Positions 18,975 to 31,067 of a stretch of 64,000 nt of DNA are shown in pieces (positions within the stretch are counted from its first letter, which is position 1; each line of letters begins with the position of its first letter). Both the position numbers and the translations under genes were made by a program. The notes below the pieces were generated by a model. The model had not been told where the DNA came from. It saw only the letters and a list, made by a program, of their open reading frames with translations, and searched no databases. The stretch spans positions 311,209 through 375,208 of the forward strand of contig OZ252251.1 in NCBI GenBank assembly GCA_965249725.1. Reading direction: 5' to 3'. The DNA is from Longimicrobiales bacterium. Lineage in GTDB: Bacteria; Gemmatimonadota; Gemmatimonadetes; Longimicrobiales; Gaopeijiaceae.

Positions 18975-21047
18975 CTAGAGCCACTCCCAGAAGCGTCGCT
19001 GCACGGAAAGGACGAACTCCCAGTCGCCGCCCTCGCTGAGTCCACGACCCGCGTCGAGATGGAGGAGGTCCCAGCCCAACCCGACACCCAGCCCGGCCGA
19101 GCTCTTGAATCCGCGAGTGCTCTGACCAGGCCACCCATCGGGCAACGTCCGGCCACCGAACCTGGCCTTCCCCGCGACGGCAAACGCTCGCAGGGACAAC
19201 CAAGGGGCGAACAACGGCTGGGCGCCCTCGATCTTCATGAGTAGAACCTGGTCACCGACGAAGGAGCGGTATCCGTGGCCGGGAAGGGTGTGCCTTCCGC
19301 CGAGGAGGAAGAGCGACTGGACGGGGGCCTCCTCCGACACGAGGCCCAACCGCAGGCTGGTTTCGATTGTCGTGCGAGAGGAGGTCACCTGGCGCTTGAG
19401 GCTGGACTCCCACCAGAGCGACGCGTAGCTCTGGCCGTCGAGGGCGCCTAGACGTCCCGTCGCCGATGTCGTGAGGCCCCGCTCGTCGGTCCGTCTCGAG
19501 TAGGAGGCTTCGAGAGCCCAGCCGTCTCCCTCATCGACGGGGAGGACGGGGCGGTACCTCCCCGTCCCGGCCGCAACGTCCACGGCGACGTTCTCTCCCG
19601 AGTCGAACCGTTCCCAGAGTCCGGCCAACCGTAGCGTTCCCAATCCGCCCACAGACCAGTCGTACCTAACTTCCGCACTCGATGTGAAGTACGGATCCGA
19701 ATAGTCCTCGTCGGCCAGGAGCCCCCCCAACGTATTGAGCGCTTTGCTGGCGCCGGGCAGCCGTGCGCTCGATTCGCCAGGTTCGTTCCACCCGACTCGG
19801 ATGGCGAGCCCCTTGCTGGACGGCGCACGGGCGAGGGTCATCGAGAGCTGGCCCTCGTCGCGCCCGAAGGCGTATCCGCCAGTGGACTGCAGTCGCCAGG
19901 TGGGCCCGAGCAAGAAGGCCGCTCCACCTCCCGCGAAGGAGCCTTCCGCTCGGTTGTACCGGTAGATCGAAGAGACGAAGGGCACGTATAGGCGAGACGG
20001 CTTGAGCCCGCTCACGTACCGGCGACCCACCACAGCCATCGCCTGCCTTCGAATGCCCTCGATATCCGGAGACGTCTCGAGGCCCTCTTCCTCTAGCTGA
20101 TCATACAGCCCGGTTTCGAACGGGAAGTTCTCGCGGACCTCCGTGGGAACCGACGAGACGGGTCCGCCCGCGAAAATGAAGTCACCGAGGGGAGGATTGA
20201 AGGTGTAGTCCCGTATCTCGAAGCGGCCCCGAATGATGCTCCCGGCCAAGAAGTCGATCACCGGGAGTTCTCGCCTCAGCTCCACCTCTTGGCGGTACGG
20301 CAGCCAGTACTTCCCGTCCCAGACGGAGTTGTCCATCGAGATGCGGATGTAGTCCAGGTTGCCGTCCACGTAGGAGGCCGGCGTGAACGTGAAGTTCATT
20401 CGGACGATCGCCCCGGACCCCCTCTGCAGGAACACGCTCCCGATCACACCCGGTGCGTCCCGGTCCCTGGGGCGGACCTCGACTTCGTACACCCGTATGT
20501 CCGGGGTGGGGCCTGGCAGCGATACGGTCAGCGAGTCGGAGAGTCTGAAGTCGTAGATCCGCTCGGCTCCCGGGGCTACCGGGTGTGTGACTGCGGCCAC
20601 CTCGTCGCCGTCCCCCAAGCGAATGAGGTCCCCGAAATCGTCCTGTACCACCGTGAGATGATCGAGATGATACTTGATGCTCGTGGGGAGCAGCTTCTCA
20701 TCTCGGAGGCCGATTACGCGCTGCTTGGTTTCATCCGGCGCCCGCCAGAAGAGCTTGAGAGCAATCTGGTCCGTCTTCACCAGGTTGCGCTCGTCGCTGT
20801 CGGGACGGTCCAGGAAGAAGTAGACGTAGCCTCTCGCGTCCGCCTCATAAGATTGGAACGCCGAGTCGATCGCGGTGGCCTGTCGCAGGTCGCGTGCCTC
20901 TCTCACGAGCTGCACCGCCCTCGATCCGTTCCAGCCGTCCTCCGACTGCGCGTCGAGCCCCGGCACGAGCCACACTGACAACGCCAAGCCCGCGACGGTG
21001 AGACCCCAGCTCCGGGTCGGGTAGGTTGGGCCGGTCCTATCGGTCAT
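18975..21047 (-). CDS. Large secreted outer-membrane protein with Omp85-like C-terminal barrel motif; N-terminal half of unknown family
   Basis: Signal-like N-terminus (WGLTVAGLALSVWLVPGLDAQS). C-terminus GLGVGLGWDLLHLDAGRGLSEGGDWEFVLSVQRRFWEWL fits the Omp85 terminal-strand pattern. Start taken at ATG 21047. Confidence 0.55.
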   Translation of the reverse strand: MTDRTGPTYPTRSWGLTVAGLALSVWLVPGLDAQSEDGWNGSRAVQLVREARDLRQATAIDSAFQSYEADARGYVYFFLDRPDSDERNLVKTDQIALKLFWRAPDETKQRVIGLRDEKLLPTSIKYHLDHLTVVQDDFGDLIRLGDGDEVAAVTHPVAPGAERIYDFRLSDSLTVSLPGPTPDIRVYEVEVRPRDRDAPGVIGSVFLQRGSGAIVRMNFTFTPASYVDGNLDYIRISMDNSVWDGKYWLPYRQEVELRRELPVIDFLAGSIIRGRFEIRDYTFNPPLGDFIFAGGPVSSVPTEVRENFPFETGLYDQLEEEGLETSPDIEGIRRQAMAVVGRRYVSGLKPSRLYVPFVSSIYRYNRAEGSFAGGGAAFLLGPTWRLQSTGGYAFGRDEGQLSMTLARAPSSKGLAIRVGWNEPGESSARLPGASKALNTLGGLLADEDYSDPYFTSSAEVRYDWSVGGLGTLRLAGLWERFDSGENVAVDVAAGTGRYRPVLPVDEGDGWALEASYSRRTDERGLTTSATGRLGALDGQSYASLWWESSLKRQVTSSRTTIETSLRLGLVSEEAPVQSLFLLGGRHTLPGHGYRSFVGDQVLLMKIEGAQPLFAPWLSLRAFAVAGKARFGGRTLPDGWPGQSTRGFKSSAGLGVGLGWDLLHLDAGRGLSEGGDWEFVLSVQRRFWEWL

Positions 21048-21143
21048 GCAGATCGTACGCCCCCCTACGATCCCGGTTCCCCGCAAAAAGGGCCCCGTCC
21101 ACTCATGGACGGGGCCCCGGAACTCCCAACGAGAGTCTGTGCG

Positions 21144-22004
21144 TCAGTTCGCGCTCCAGAATCCCGAGAGAGAGTCACCATGCGGGCTCTCGCGGAGCTT
21201 CTCGAAGGCCCGGTTCCGGATCTGGCGGATGCGCTCGCGCGTCACCCCGAGGAGCGAACCGATCTCTTCCAGCGTACGCTCCTCACCATCGTCGAGCCCG
21301 TAGTAGAGATAGAGGATCTTCCGCTCGCGCTCGGTGAGGTAGCTGTCGAACATCGTCTCGAGAAAATCGCGTCGTGCGATGGCCTCGACATCCTCCTCGA
21401 TATCGATCGCCTCGGCTCCGGCGAATCTCTCACCGAAGCTGGCGCTGTTGCCGTCACTCCGATCGATCGGGGCGTCGAGGCTCAGCTCGCTCGCGGCCAC
21501 TCGGCGGAGCGCGCGGATCGTCTCGATGGGCTCGTCCATCTCGCGGGAGATCTCCTGGATCGTCGGCGAGCGGTCCAGCTGCTGCGTGAGAGCCGTATCG
21601 ATCCGGGCCAGCTTGGCCAGGTTCGAATTCTGGTTGAGCGGAATGCGAACGGAGCGGGTCTGCTCCGCGAGAGCCTGCAGGACGGTCTGACGGATCCACC
21701 AGACGGCGTAGGAGATGAACTTCACGCCCTTGTCGGGATCGAACTTCTTCACCGCCTTGAGCAGCCCCTCGTTTCCGATGCAGACGAGCTCGGCGAGACC
21801 AAGGCCACGGCCCTGGTACTTTTTCACGTAGGAGATGACGAATCGCAGGTTGGCGGTGACGAGGCGCTCAGCGGCCTCCTTGTCGCCAGTGCGGGCTCGG
21901 CGGGCCAGGGCGCGTTCCTCCGCGGGGTCCTGGATGAGTGGGTATTTCTCTACGTCTTGCAGATACTGGTCGAAGGAGTCCAGGCCTCGGGAAGTCGAAA
22001 ACAT
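21144..22004 (-). CDS. Short RpoD-type (sigma-70 family, regions 1.2-4) RNA polymerase sigma factor
   Basis: 286 aa. ANLRFVISYVKKYQGRGL, FISYAVWWIRQ, LEEIGSLLGVTRERIRQIRNRA. Paralog of 43428-44321. Confidence 0.9.
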   Translation of the reverse strand: MFSTSRGLDSFDQYLQDVEKYPLIQDPAEERALARRARTGDKEAAERLVTANLRFVISYVKKYQGRGLGLAELVCIGNEGLLKAVKKFDPDKGVKFISYAVWWIRQTVLQALAEQTRSVRIPLNQNSNLAKLARIDTALTQQLDRSPTIQEISREMDEPIETIRALRRVAASELSLDAPIDRSDGNSASFGERFAGAEAIDIEEDVEAIARRDFLETMFDSYLTERERKILYLYYGLDDGEERTLEEIGSLLGVTRERIRQIRNRAFEKLRESPHGDSLSGFWSAN

Positions 22005-22136
22005 TCGTTCCGGGCGCCTCGTTCTGGAGGTGAAGAAAGTGACTAGCTACGCAAGAAACCAACGTCCTTCATTGCGATGCGACCTGCTAAACGAGGCGAG
22101 GAGAACGGCTTAACCCGCATCGCGAGAAGGGTGTGA

Positions 22137-22165
22137 AACTTATAAAAGTGTGTTTCCCGAGTCAA
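22137..22165 (-). promoter_or_regulatory. Candidate promoter for the sigma factor gene
   Basis: Minus strand TTGACT (22165-22160), 17-nt spacer, TAAGTT (22142-22137), in the AT-richer 269-bp spacer. Confidence 0.3.
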
Positions 22166-22273
22166 AGGTTTTCTTCACGTATGGGTGGTGGGGCGAAAAA
22201 GGGCCGACCCGGTGTCAATATGGCAGGTCGCAATCGCCCGATTCGGAGAGGGTTGAGGCGCTCGCCCGCGGGC

Positions 22274-24022
22274 CTATCGGCGGCTTCGGAGGAGCTGGAA
22301 GTCCTCGAATCCGTGCCTCAGTCCGAGCAGTTCGCTTGCCGTCACCCGGAAGACGGGCTCCGAAAACGCATCGGGTCCGTTGATCGGGAAGGCCAGATCG
22401 ATTCGGATCACTCCCCGCGTCCCACCCGGGAAGCCCACCCGCAGGCCCCCACCGGCGGTGGCCCCGAAGCCGGAGTTGTTGCCGAACGGGGCATCGCCAC
22501 GCCATACCGAGCCTGCGTCCACGAACGCCGTGAGGCCGAGATCGAAGACACCACCCGGCGACCAGAGGTAGACACGATCCTCGATCGAGCCGACGAGGCG
22601 TCGACCGCCCGGGGCGTGATCCTGGCTGTAGCCCCGTAGGTTCGATGCGCCTCCCAGCGTCAACTGAAAGGGGATGGTCATGGACCATCCCGCGGCTCCC
22701 GAGATGCGGGCGTACAGCGTGTGTCGTGAGAGAGCGGATGGCTGCCAGTAGGTGTATACGTCGAACTCCCCAATGGCGTCCCGCCACCCCTCCCGCGGCC
22801 CCTCGAATATCTGGCGGCCCTCGAAGCCCACACTCGCAGCGAGGATCCAGCGGCCGGGCGCCATGCCTCCGTAGACTCTTAGGCGCCCGAAGAAGTCGTC
22901 GTCCTCGGTCTCCGAATCGGGCCCCAAGAATCCGATGCTTCGGCCCAGGGTCAGAGCCACCTCGCCGCCCACCGGCACGTCCTGGACACCGCGAAGTGCG
23001 TCGAGTCCGGCCCGCCGTTCGAACCGCAGGTTCCTCTGACCGAGCGTGAAGTTGATTCGGGTCGATCCGGTTCCCTGGGTCTGCGACGCGATCGGTCCGG
23101 AAAGCTCCGGGGGGGCCGGGTCCGTGTTGGCGAAGTCCCGATTCGGAACCGCCTCGGGACCCTCCTCGAATCGCGCGAAGTCGACTTCGTCTCGAGAGAA
23201 CCCGACTCCCAACGTCGTCAGCCGCCCCGCCTGTCCCAACCGGGCCAAGACCGCGGCCTCTGCCCGCTCCCTCAAGAAGGGAGTTACGACATGTGTGTAC
23301 GTGCCCCCCTCCGGTAGGCTGTATGCGAAGAGATCCTCTCTCCGGGTATAGGACTGCGTGGCGGCGTAGCGCCCGATCTCGCCTACGAACGGGTAGACGA
23401 ACGCCTGCTGGAAGAACGGACCGACGCGTGTCTCGCCGGCCCGGAGGTGAGCATCCCACCGGGTGCCCAAGAAGCGGGCGGTCTGGAGTTCGCCCCCGAT
23501 CTCGCGAGCCTCACGGCGCTCGCGGTAGAAGGCCCGTGCCGAGACTCCCCGTCCGAGCACGTTCTCTTCGGTGACGTCGATCCCGTTGAACTCGAAGCCT
23601 TCGTCGAAACGGGCCCGGAGCGTTACCTGAAGGGTCCATTCGTCCTGAGTGTCCACGACGACATGCACCGAACTGTCCGCCTGTGGGACTGCGAAGACGT
23701 CCACTCGGGCGATGAAGCCCAACTGGCGGATGATCCTCTCCGACTCCGCTGCGAGAAACGGGTCGTAGCAGTCGCCTACCTCGAAGAGCAGCTCCCTCGC
23801 GATGAAATCGTCATCGGTCTCCATGTGGAGCCAGTTGGCGAAGTCGAAGAACCAACCGAAGGACTTGCCAGTGTCGAGGTTCGCAGTGTCGAAGACCGGG
23901 TGGCCGTTGATGAAGACGAAGGAGATCTCACCCTCCGCACACGCCTGCCCCACTAGCCCAGCAGGCCTCGCCGCGGCCAACGCGACGATGAGGATCAGTG
24001 CTCGGCTGAGACTCCAGGCCAT
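22274..24022 (-). CDS. Omp85/BamA-superfamily outer-membrane protein (one POTRA-like domain + surface-antigen barrel)
   Basis: Signal peptide LILIVALAAARPAGLVGQA. POTRA-like ISFVFINGHPVF...ARVDVFAVPQADSSVHVVVDTQDEW. Barrel end GGGLRVGFPGGTRGVIRIDLAFPINGPD. Confidence 0.75.
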   Translation of the reverse strand: MAWSLSRALILIVALAAARPAGLVGQACAEGEISFVFINGHPVFDTANLDTGKSFGWFFDFANWLHMETDDDFIARELLFEVGDCYDPFLAAESERIIRQLGFIARVDVFAVPQADSSVHVVVDTQDEWTLQVTLRARFDEGFEFNGIDVTEENVLGRGVSARAFYRERREAREIGGELQTARFLGTRWDAHLRAGETRVGPFFQQAFVYPFVGEIGRYAATQSYTRREDLFAYSLPEGGTYTHVVTPFLRERAEAAVLARLGQAGRLTTLGVGFSRDEVDFARFEEGPEAVPNRDFANTDPAPPELSGPIASQTQGTGSTRINFTLGQRNLRFERRAGLDALRGVQDVPVGGEVALTLGRSIGFLGPDSETEDDDFFGRLRVYGGMAPGRWILAASVGFEGRQIFEGPREGWRDAIGEFDVYTYWQPSALSRHTLYARISGAAGWSMTIPFQLTLGGASNLRGYSQDHAPGGRRLVGSIEDRVYLWSPGGVFDLGLTAFVDAGSVWRGDAPFGNNSGFGATAGGGLRVGFPGGTRGVIRIDLAFPINGPDAFSEPVFRVTASELLGLRHGFEDFQLLRSRR

Positions 24023-24042
24023 CTACGCTCCAGTGGTGGTGA

Positions 24043-24070
24043 TTGACACTCGGTCATGCTCGGCTAAGCT
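24043..24070 (+). promoter_or_regulatory. Candidate sigma-70-type promoter for maeB
   Basis: TTGACA (24043-24048), 16-nt spacer, TAAGCT (24065-24070), 28 nt upstream of ATG 24099. Confidence 0.35.
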
Positions 24071-24098
24071 AAACATCCCCTCTACATAAGGCTTCCGA

Positions 24099-26366
24099 AT
24101 GGACCGTCGTAGCAAAGCAGCCTTGGACTATCATACCAAGGGCCGCCCTGGCAAAATAGAAGTCATTCCCACCAAGTCACTGGGCACGCAGAGGGAGTTG
24201 TCCCTCGCATACAGTCCCGGTGTGGCGGTGCCGTGCCTCGAGATCTACGAGAAGCCGGACGACGTTTTCAAGTACACGGCACGGGGCAATCTGATTGCCG
24301 TCGTGTCGAACGGTACGGCGGTGCTGGGTCTGGGCAACATCGGTCCCTTGGCGTCTAAGCCCGTCATGGAGGGCAAGGGCGTGCTGTTCAAGAAGTTCGC
24401 TGGCATCGACGTGTTCGACCTCGAGGTCGGCTCGGAGGATCCCGAGGACGTCATTCGGTTCTGCGAGCTGCTCGAGCCGACCGTAGGCGGCATCAATCTG
24501 GAGGACATCAAGGCTCCGGACTGCTTCGTCATCGAGAGGCGACTCAAGGAGTCGATGGACATTCCGGTGTTCCACGACGACCAGCACGGAACGGCCATCA
24601 TCGGCGCGGCGGGGCTCGTGAACGCGCTGGAGCTCGTGGGCAAGAAGGCGTCGGAGGTCACGGTCGTCTTCAGCGGGGCCGGCGCATCGGCCATCTCCAC
24701 TGCCGAGCACTTCACTCGCCTCGGTGTTCCGCGTGAGCACATCCTCATGGTCGACAGCAAAGGCGTGATCTACGAGGGCCGCGAAGAGGGCATGAACGAG
24801 TACAAGGAGCCCTTCGCGGTGCCGACGGACCGGCGGACCCTGGAAGACGCCATGAACGGGGCCGATGTGTTCATCGGCCTTTCGGTTCGCGGGTTGGTAA
24901 CCAAGGAGATGGTCGCCTCGATGGCGGAGCGTCCCATCATTTTCGCTCTGGCGAATCCAGATCCGGAAGTGACGCCCGAAGAGGTGGCCGAGGTGCGCGA
25001 CGACGCTCTCGTTGCTACGGGCCGCTCGGACTATCCGAACCAGATCAACAACGTGCTCGGTTTTCCGTTTCTGTTCCGGGGCGCTCTCGACGTGAGGGCT
25101 CGTGGCATCAATCAGGAGATGATGCTGGCCGCGACCTATGCTCTGGCGAATCTGGCGAAGGAGACGGTGCCCCAATCCGTCACTGCGGCCTACGGCGGCG
25201 AGCACTTCGAATTCGGCCCCGAGTACCTGATCCCCAAGCCGTTCGACTCTCGAGTGCTCTTCCATGTCGCCCCGGCCGTCGCGAAGGCGGCGATCGAATC
25301 AGGCGTCGCACGCGAGACCATCGACCTCGCGGAGTACGAGGACCGCCTCAAGGCGAGCCTGGGACCCAGCGGCAACGTGATGAGGGGTGTCGTCGCTCGT
25401 GCGAGAAAGCGGGCCATGCGGGTGGTTCTTACCGATGGCTACAACGAGCGCGTCATCCGGGCGTGCCAGCAAATCGTGGAGGACGGGATCGCGGTCCCGA
25501 TCCTCATTGGCCGCGAGGAGAAGATCAGCCAGATCTGCGAGACCCACGGTCTCGATATCACCGGTACCGAGATCGCACACCCCACGATGGACGAAGACGT
25601 ACGCCACCGATACGCGGAGGAGCTCTACCGATCACGAATGCGGAAGGGTCTGACCCGCGCCGAAGCCCGGGCCAGGATGTACCAAATGACCTACTTCGGA
25701 GGCGTGATGGTTCGTTCTGGTGATGCCGACGCCATGGTCGCGGGCATCGAGTCGCACTATGCCGAACTCCTCCGGCCGGCTCTGGAGATAATGGGCACGG
25801 CGGAGGGGGTCCGGCGGGTGGCCGCCATGTACATGGTGGCGCTGCGTGACCGAGAACTACTCTTCTTCGGTGACACCGCAGTGAATATCGACCCTGATGC
25901 GGAGACCCTTACGGAGATCGCGCTCCATACGGCCGGATTCGTCGAGAAGCTCGGCATCGTCCCACGCATCGCCATGCTCTCCTTCTCGAACTTCGGCTCG
26001 TCCCGCCATCCCAAGTCGACGAAGGTCCGGGCGGCGGTGGAACAGGTGAAGGAGGCTCGTCCGGATCTTGAGGTCGATGGTGAGATGCAGGCCGACACAG
26101 CGGTCAATTTCCGACTCCTGCGCGAGCACTATCCATTCAGTACGCTGACCAAGGCCGCCAACGTCCTCATCTTCCCGAACCTGGCTTCGGCCAACGCGTC
26201 CTATAAGCTGTTGTCGGAGATTGGAGGGGCAGAAGTGGTCGGTCCTATCCTGATGGGAATGAAGCATCCGGTACACTTCATTCAGCGGGGGTCGACCGTC
26301 GAGGATATCGTGAATCTGGTAACCCTCGCGGCGGTGGACGCGCAGGCCCGATCTAAAGAGAATTAG
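24099..26366 (+). CDS. maeB: NADP-dependent malic enzyme (malic enzyme domain fused to PTA-like domain)
   Basis: 755 aa. N-terminus [37 protein letters not shown]-terminal phosphate-acetyltransferase-like half. Confidence 0.95.
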   Translation: MDRRSKAALDYHTKGRPGKIEVIPTKSLGTQRELSLAYSPGVAVPCLEIYEKPDDVFKYTARGNLIAVVSNGTAVLGLGNIGPLASKPVMEGKGVLFKKFAGIDVFDLEVGSEDPEDVIRFCELLEPTVGGINLEDIKAPDCFVIERRLKESMDIPVFHDDQHGTAIIGAAGLVNALELVGKKASEVTVVFSGAGASAISTAEHFTRLGVPREHILMVDSKGVIYEGREEGMNEYKEPFAVPTDRRTLEDAMNGADVFIGLSVRGLVTKEMVASMAERPIIFALANPDPEVTPEEVAEVRDDALVATGRSDYPNQINNVLGFPFLFRGALDVRARGINQEMMLAATYALANLAKETVPQSVTAAYGGEHFEFGPEYLIPKPFDSRVLFHVAPAVAKAAIESGVARETIDLAEYEDRLKASLGPSGNVMRGVVARARKRAMRVVLTDGYNERVIRACQQIVEDGIAVPILIGREEKISQICETHGLDITGTEIAHPTMDEDVRHRYAEELYRSRMRKGLTRAEARARMYQMTYFGGVMVRSGDADAMVAGIESHYAELLRPALEIMGTAEGVRRVAAMYMVALRDRELLFFGDTAVNIDPDAETLTEIALHTAGFVEKLGIVPRIAMLSFSNFGSSRHPKSTKVRAAVEQVKEARPDLEVDGEMQADTAVNFRLLREHYPFSTLTKAANVLIFPNLASANASYKLLSEIGGAEVVGPILMGMKHPVHFIQRGSTVEDIVNLVTLAAVDAQARSKEN

Positions 26367-26442
26367 GGGTATATCGGCCCACGGCGGTCGGTGGCTTGAT
26401 TGACGTTGAGCTCTACAGAGAGAAGGAATAAAGGACCGACAA

Positions 26443-28065
<1,623 letters not shown>

Positions 28066-28108
28066 GGGGAACCCGGGTGGTGGGCGGTATCATGTCTGAT
28101 ATCAACCG

Positions 28109-29260
28109 TCAGCCTCTCTTGCGGCTACCCACAACCACCGCCGCGCCGGCGCTGGCCAGGACGGTGAGCATAGTCAAAAGGACGGACAGTCGGTCGGTCG
28201 ACGGGCCCGCCCTCTGAGGCCCCTGTTGAGCCTGCGCCCAGCGCATGGTCCATTCGACTATCGGTTCTCCGAACGCGGCCAGGAATGCCTGGTCGGGGTC
28301 CTGCTCGGACGTCCAGAACCGGCGAAGCCGCTCCACCCCGAACTCTTCCTCCAGATCTGCCATCCACCAGCTCTCGGCATCGCCGAACCGGCCCCTTGCT
28401 CCGTCCTCATGTATCCATAGAGGAAGTTGAACGAAGGCCTCTCGCCTCGTGTCCCTGTGACCATGGACCAGGTTCCGGCAAGCCACGGTCCGACCGGCGA
28501 GGCATCCTTCTCCGGCGATGACGCTGCTCCCGGGGTACGTCTGTCTCCACATGCCCCACATCGCCCGATGCTCAGTCATCTCGGCGGGGAGCTGCTCGCC
28601 CAACCAGCGGTTCTCAGCCAGTGAGTATGCTCCCTCGTCGCGCAGCCATCGATCGATCCCCGGTCCCGGGGCGCCGTAGGCCAGATAGAGTCCGCACACT
28701 CCCAGTATCCCCGTCGGGTATGGCGCGGCTTCCGGTGCCCAATCGCGTAATACGCGGCTCAGGCTTTGGCTGCCGACGTCAGCGAATCCTCGAACCACGA
28801 CACAGACTTCCCGCTCATCCACTACTCCCGCGAAGTACTCGGACCCGAAGACGCTCCACGCCCTCCTCAGCGACGGATGGCCCCCGGCCTTCTCATGCAC
28901 AAGCGCAACCCCGACCAGCACATGGGGGTCGAGTGTCTCTACCAGCTGGACCTCATGTCGCACGGCGGTGTGAAGTCGCTCCATCATTTCAGTAGAGGCC
29001 ATGTCTGGAAGTGTCACGACGAAAGGTTCCGTGACCCCACCCTCCGCGCGGACCAGGCCAATCAGGGAGTCGCCTACCAGGGTCCGAGCGATGACCTCGT
29101 TCACCCTCTGGGCTTCGAGCCCGATCCGGCGCGCCTCGCGCCGTTCGGGGGTGAGCTCTGCCCGGCGGTACCCGTCCGAGAACCGGTCCTGCGTTGGGGG
29201 CAACAGCCAGATAGCGGTCAGGACACAGCCCAGACCCAAGAACGAGATCCAGCGCCTCAT
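28109..29260 (-). CDS. Hypothetical bitopic envelope protein (N-terminal anchor, large domain, C-terminal TM)
   Basis: ATG 29260 forms an ATGA overlap with the upstream stop. MRRWISFLGLGCVLTAIWLL anchor; C-terminal LSVLLTMLTVLASAGAAVVVG. No recognisable domain. Confidence 0.6.
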   Translation of the reverse strand: MRRWISFLGLGCVLTAIWLLPPTQDRFSDGYRRAELTPERREARRIGLEAQRVNEVIARTLVGDSLIGLVRAEGGVTEPFVVTLPDMASTEMMERLHTAVRHEVQLVETLDPHVLVGVALVHEKAGGHPSLRRAWSVFGSEYFAGVVDEREVCVVVRGFADVGSQSLSRVLRDWAPEAAPYPTGILGVCGLYLAYGAPGPGIDRWLRDEGAYSLAENRWLGEQLPAEMTEHRAMWGMWRQTYPGSSVIAGEGCLAGRTVACRNLVHGHRDTRREAFVQLPLWIHEDGARGRFGDAESWWMADLEEEFGVERLRRFWTSEQDPDQAFLAAFGEPIVEWTMRWAQAQQGPQRAGPSTDRLSVLLTMLTVLASAGAAVVVGSRKRG

Positions 29261-30390
29261 GCTAGTCGCCATCGAGTACTCCTCATGGAAATAGCGGCGA
29301 GTATGAGCAACCATGCGAACGACGAGAGTCGGCTCGGCACTCCCCCTCCATCGACGGGGGGCCGGGCAGCGATGACGGCCTCACGCCACGAGGTGATGAG
29401 TGCGTCGGGGGCAACGCGCGCAGCTGCGGCGAGCCTGTCTCTGATCGCTCCATCCGCGCCGGCCAATGCCTGGAAGGAGCCGGGTCCCCCGAGAGACAGA
29501 GCGTGTGCGACCAATGTCATTCGTGCGGTGGTGTACAGCGGGATCGCCTCGTCGTGTTCCCAGGACGACATGAGCTCCAAGCAGGGGTCGTCCAGATGGC
29601 GCTCCACACAAGCGCCGACTTGTGGCGAGTCTTCCAAGAGTGCGTAGCGGTCGGCGACGAAGGCGATACGGTCGTCTGCATCATACCAAGACGTCGACCA
29701 CTCCGACTGATGATCCAGGCCCAATGCGTCCCAGCACCGTGTCAGGACGCCGTGGTAGCAGTCTGCTACGGCGCTGGATCGGGTCATGACCAGTTGCCGA
29801 TAGGTCCACTCCAACTCCTGATCAGGATCCGACGGAAGGAAGAAGCCGCCGGTCCATCGAGCCAAGTCCTCCGGGAGGCTCTGATTGAGCACGACGCCCA
29901 TTCGCTTGCTGACGAAGCTTTCTCTCGATCCGGGGGCCCACCTGGCGTCCACGACGGTGGCGTCTTCGATGCCCAGATCCGGATCCCTCCAGCGCGAATC
30001 GGTCTTGCCCAAAAAAGAAAAGAGGTGGCGATCCAGGGGACTGGGGGCGGTACCGACGATCTCGGAATAGCCTGCCCACGCGTGATCGAAGTACTTCTTC
30101 GCGGTCCGCGCCTCGTCCTTGGAAGCGATCACGAAGAAGGGGCCGACCTGGAGCGTGTCGATCGCATTGTCGCCAGCGAGCTGCTCGTGCCAACGAATCG
30201 AATCCCGGACGTTTGCTGCATGGTTGGCCTGCGTGCTGGCTTCCCTCAACGAATCGAGGCGGGCTGTGAGCCTCGACAGGTCAGGCTGTCCCTCCTGGGC
30301 CGCCGCGTGGCTCGTGGTGCCGAGTACGAACGCCGCGAGCAGCCCCAGCCGAAGTGCGCGCCGAATGTCGGGGTGCGCGGCCCTACACAT
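29257..30390 (-). CDS. Hypothetical secreted protein with C-terminal TM anchor
   Basis: Signal peptide RRALRLGLLAAFVLGTTSHAAAQ; C-terminal FAWLLILAAISM. Overlaps the upstream stop by 8 nt. No recognisable domain. Confidence 0.6.
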   Translation of the reverse strand: MCRAAHPDIRRALRLGLLAAFVLGTTSHAAAQEGQPDLSRLTARLDSLREASTQANHAANVRDSIRWHEQLAGDNAIDTLQVGPFFVIASKDEARTAKKYFDHAWAGYSEIVGTAPSPLDRHLFSFLGKTDSRWRDPDLGIEDATVVDARWAPGSRESFVSKRMGVVLNQSLPEDLARWTGGFFLPSDPDQELEWTYRQLVMTRSSAVADCYHGVLTRCWDALGLDHQSEWSTSWYDADDRIAFVADRYALLEDSPQVGACVERHLDDPCLELMSSWEHDEAIPLYTTARMTLVAHALSLGGPGSFQALAGADGAIRDRLAAAARVAPDALITSWREAVIAARPPVDGGGVPSRLSSFAWLLILAAISMRSTRWRLA

Positions 30391-31063
30391 CGATCAGGTT
30401 CCAGTTGCCGAAGAACACCTCGAAGGGGCCTGGCCACTCCGTCACGACTTGCGTCACCCATACGCCCATGCTCCACTCGAACTCGGGGGACAGGGTCGAG
30501 ATGAATTCGGTTACCGCGTCGCCGCCGATGAGCAGGATCGGCACCCCAGCGAGGATGATACTGGTTGTGCGGACCGTTCCGGAGGCCATCGCGAAGAGGA
30601 GTCCGTAGACGATCGCTGCGGCCATCAGGAATCGCGTGGTCAACGCGGCCGGATAGGCATGGAGGCCCGCGGGGAGATCGAGACTTCCGGCCGCAAGGAA
30701 AGTACCGGCCCCCATGGCCACTATCGGGAGAGTCAGAAGGAGACCACCGGCCCCCATCTTGAGCAACACGTACTTCCATCGCGGGACAGGCAACGAAAGC
30801 GAGTACACATGCTCGGCGCGGTGATCCCAATTCCATGCGTTGAGGGCGAGTACGACTCCGACTACGACGGCCAGGCTCGGGAAGAGCGGAAGCCAGATCT
30901 GCCAGCTGCCGAAGATCTCCTCGGCACGAGCCGCCGTGGACGCGTCGCTTGGAGGCGCGAGATCCTGCACCGCCAGCAACGGCAGCGCGAACGACACGAT
31001 CGCCATCGGGAGCAGCCCGAGCCGGACCGACTTCCACTGGGTGTAGAGAATCTGTTGAAACAT
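30383..31063 (-). CDS. ABC-2-type-like polytopic membrane protein
   Basis: 226 aa, about six hydrophobic spans, 4 nt downstream of the ATPase gene. Assignment by position and topology only. Confidence 0.6.
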   Translation of the reverse strand: MFQQILYTQWKSVRLGLLPMAIVSFALPLLAVQDLAPPSDASTAARAEEIFGSWQIWLPLFPSLAVVVGVVLALNAWNWDHRAEHVYSLSLPVPRWKYVLLKMGAGGLLLTLPIVAMGAGTFLAAGSLDLPAGLHAYPAALTTRFLMAAAIVYGLLFAMASGTVRTTSIILAGVPILLIGGDAVTEFISTLSPEFEWSMGVWVTQVVTEWPGPFEVFFGNWNLIDV

Positions 31064-31067
31064 GGTT

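Noticed and set aside
21621-21627. tRNA T-loop-like GTTCGAA strings (also at 39882-39888)
   Set aside because: Both are inside well-supported CDSs, and no acceptor or anticodon stems can be drawn around them. No tRNA gene was found in any intergenic spacer.
21105-22046. 313-aa plus-strand ORF opposite the first sigma gene (similarly 43386-44432 minus strand opposite the second sigma gene)
   Set aside because: The sigma-70 motifs are unambiguous on the other strand, and the antisense translations have no recognisable features.
22215-23459. 414-aa minus-strand ORF in another frame of the Omp85 gene. The same class includes 23447-23956, 24177-25265, 53321-54523, 55879-57114, 29503-30504, 30119-31141, 38771-39964 and 44493-45215.
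   Set aside because: All overlap better-supported genes in alternative frames or strands and have Arg/Pro/Gly-rich compositions. They are treated as non-coding.
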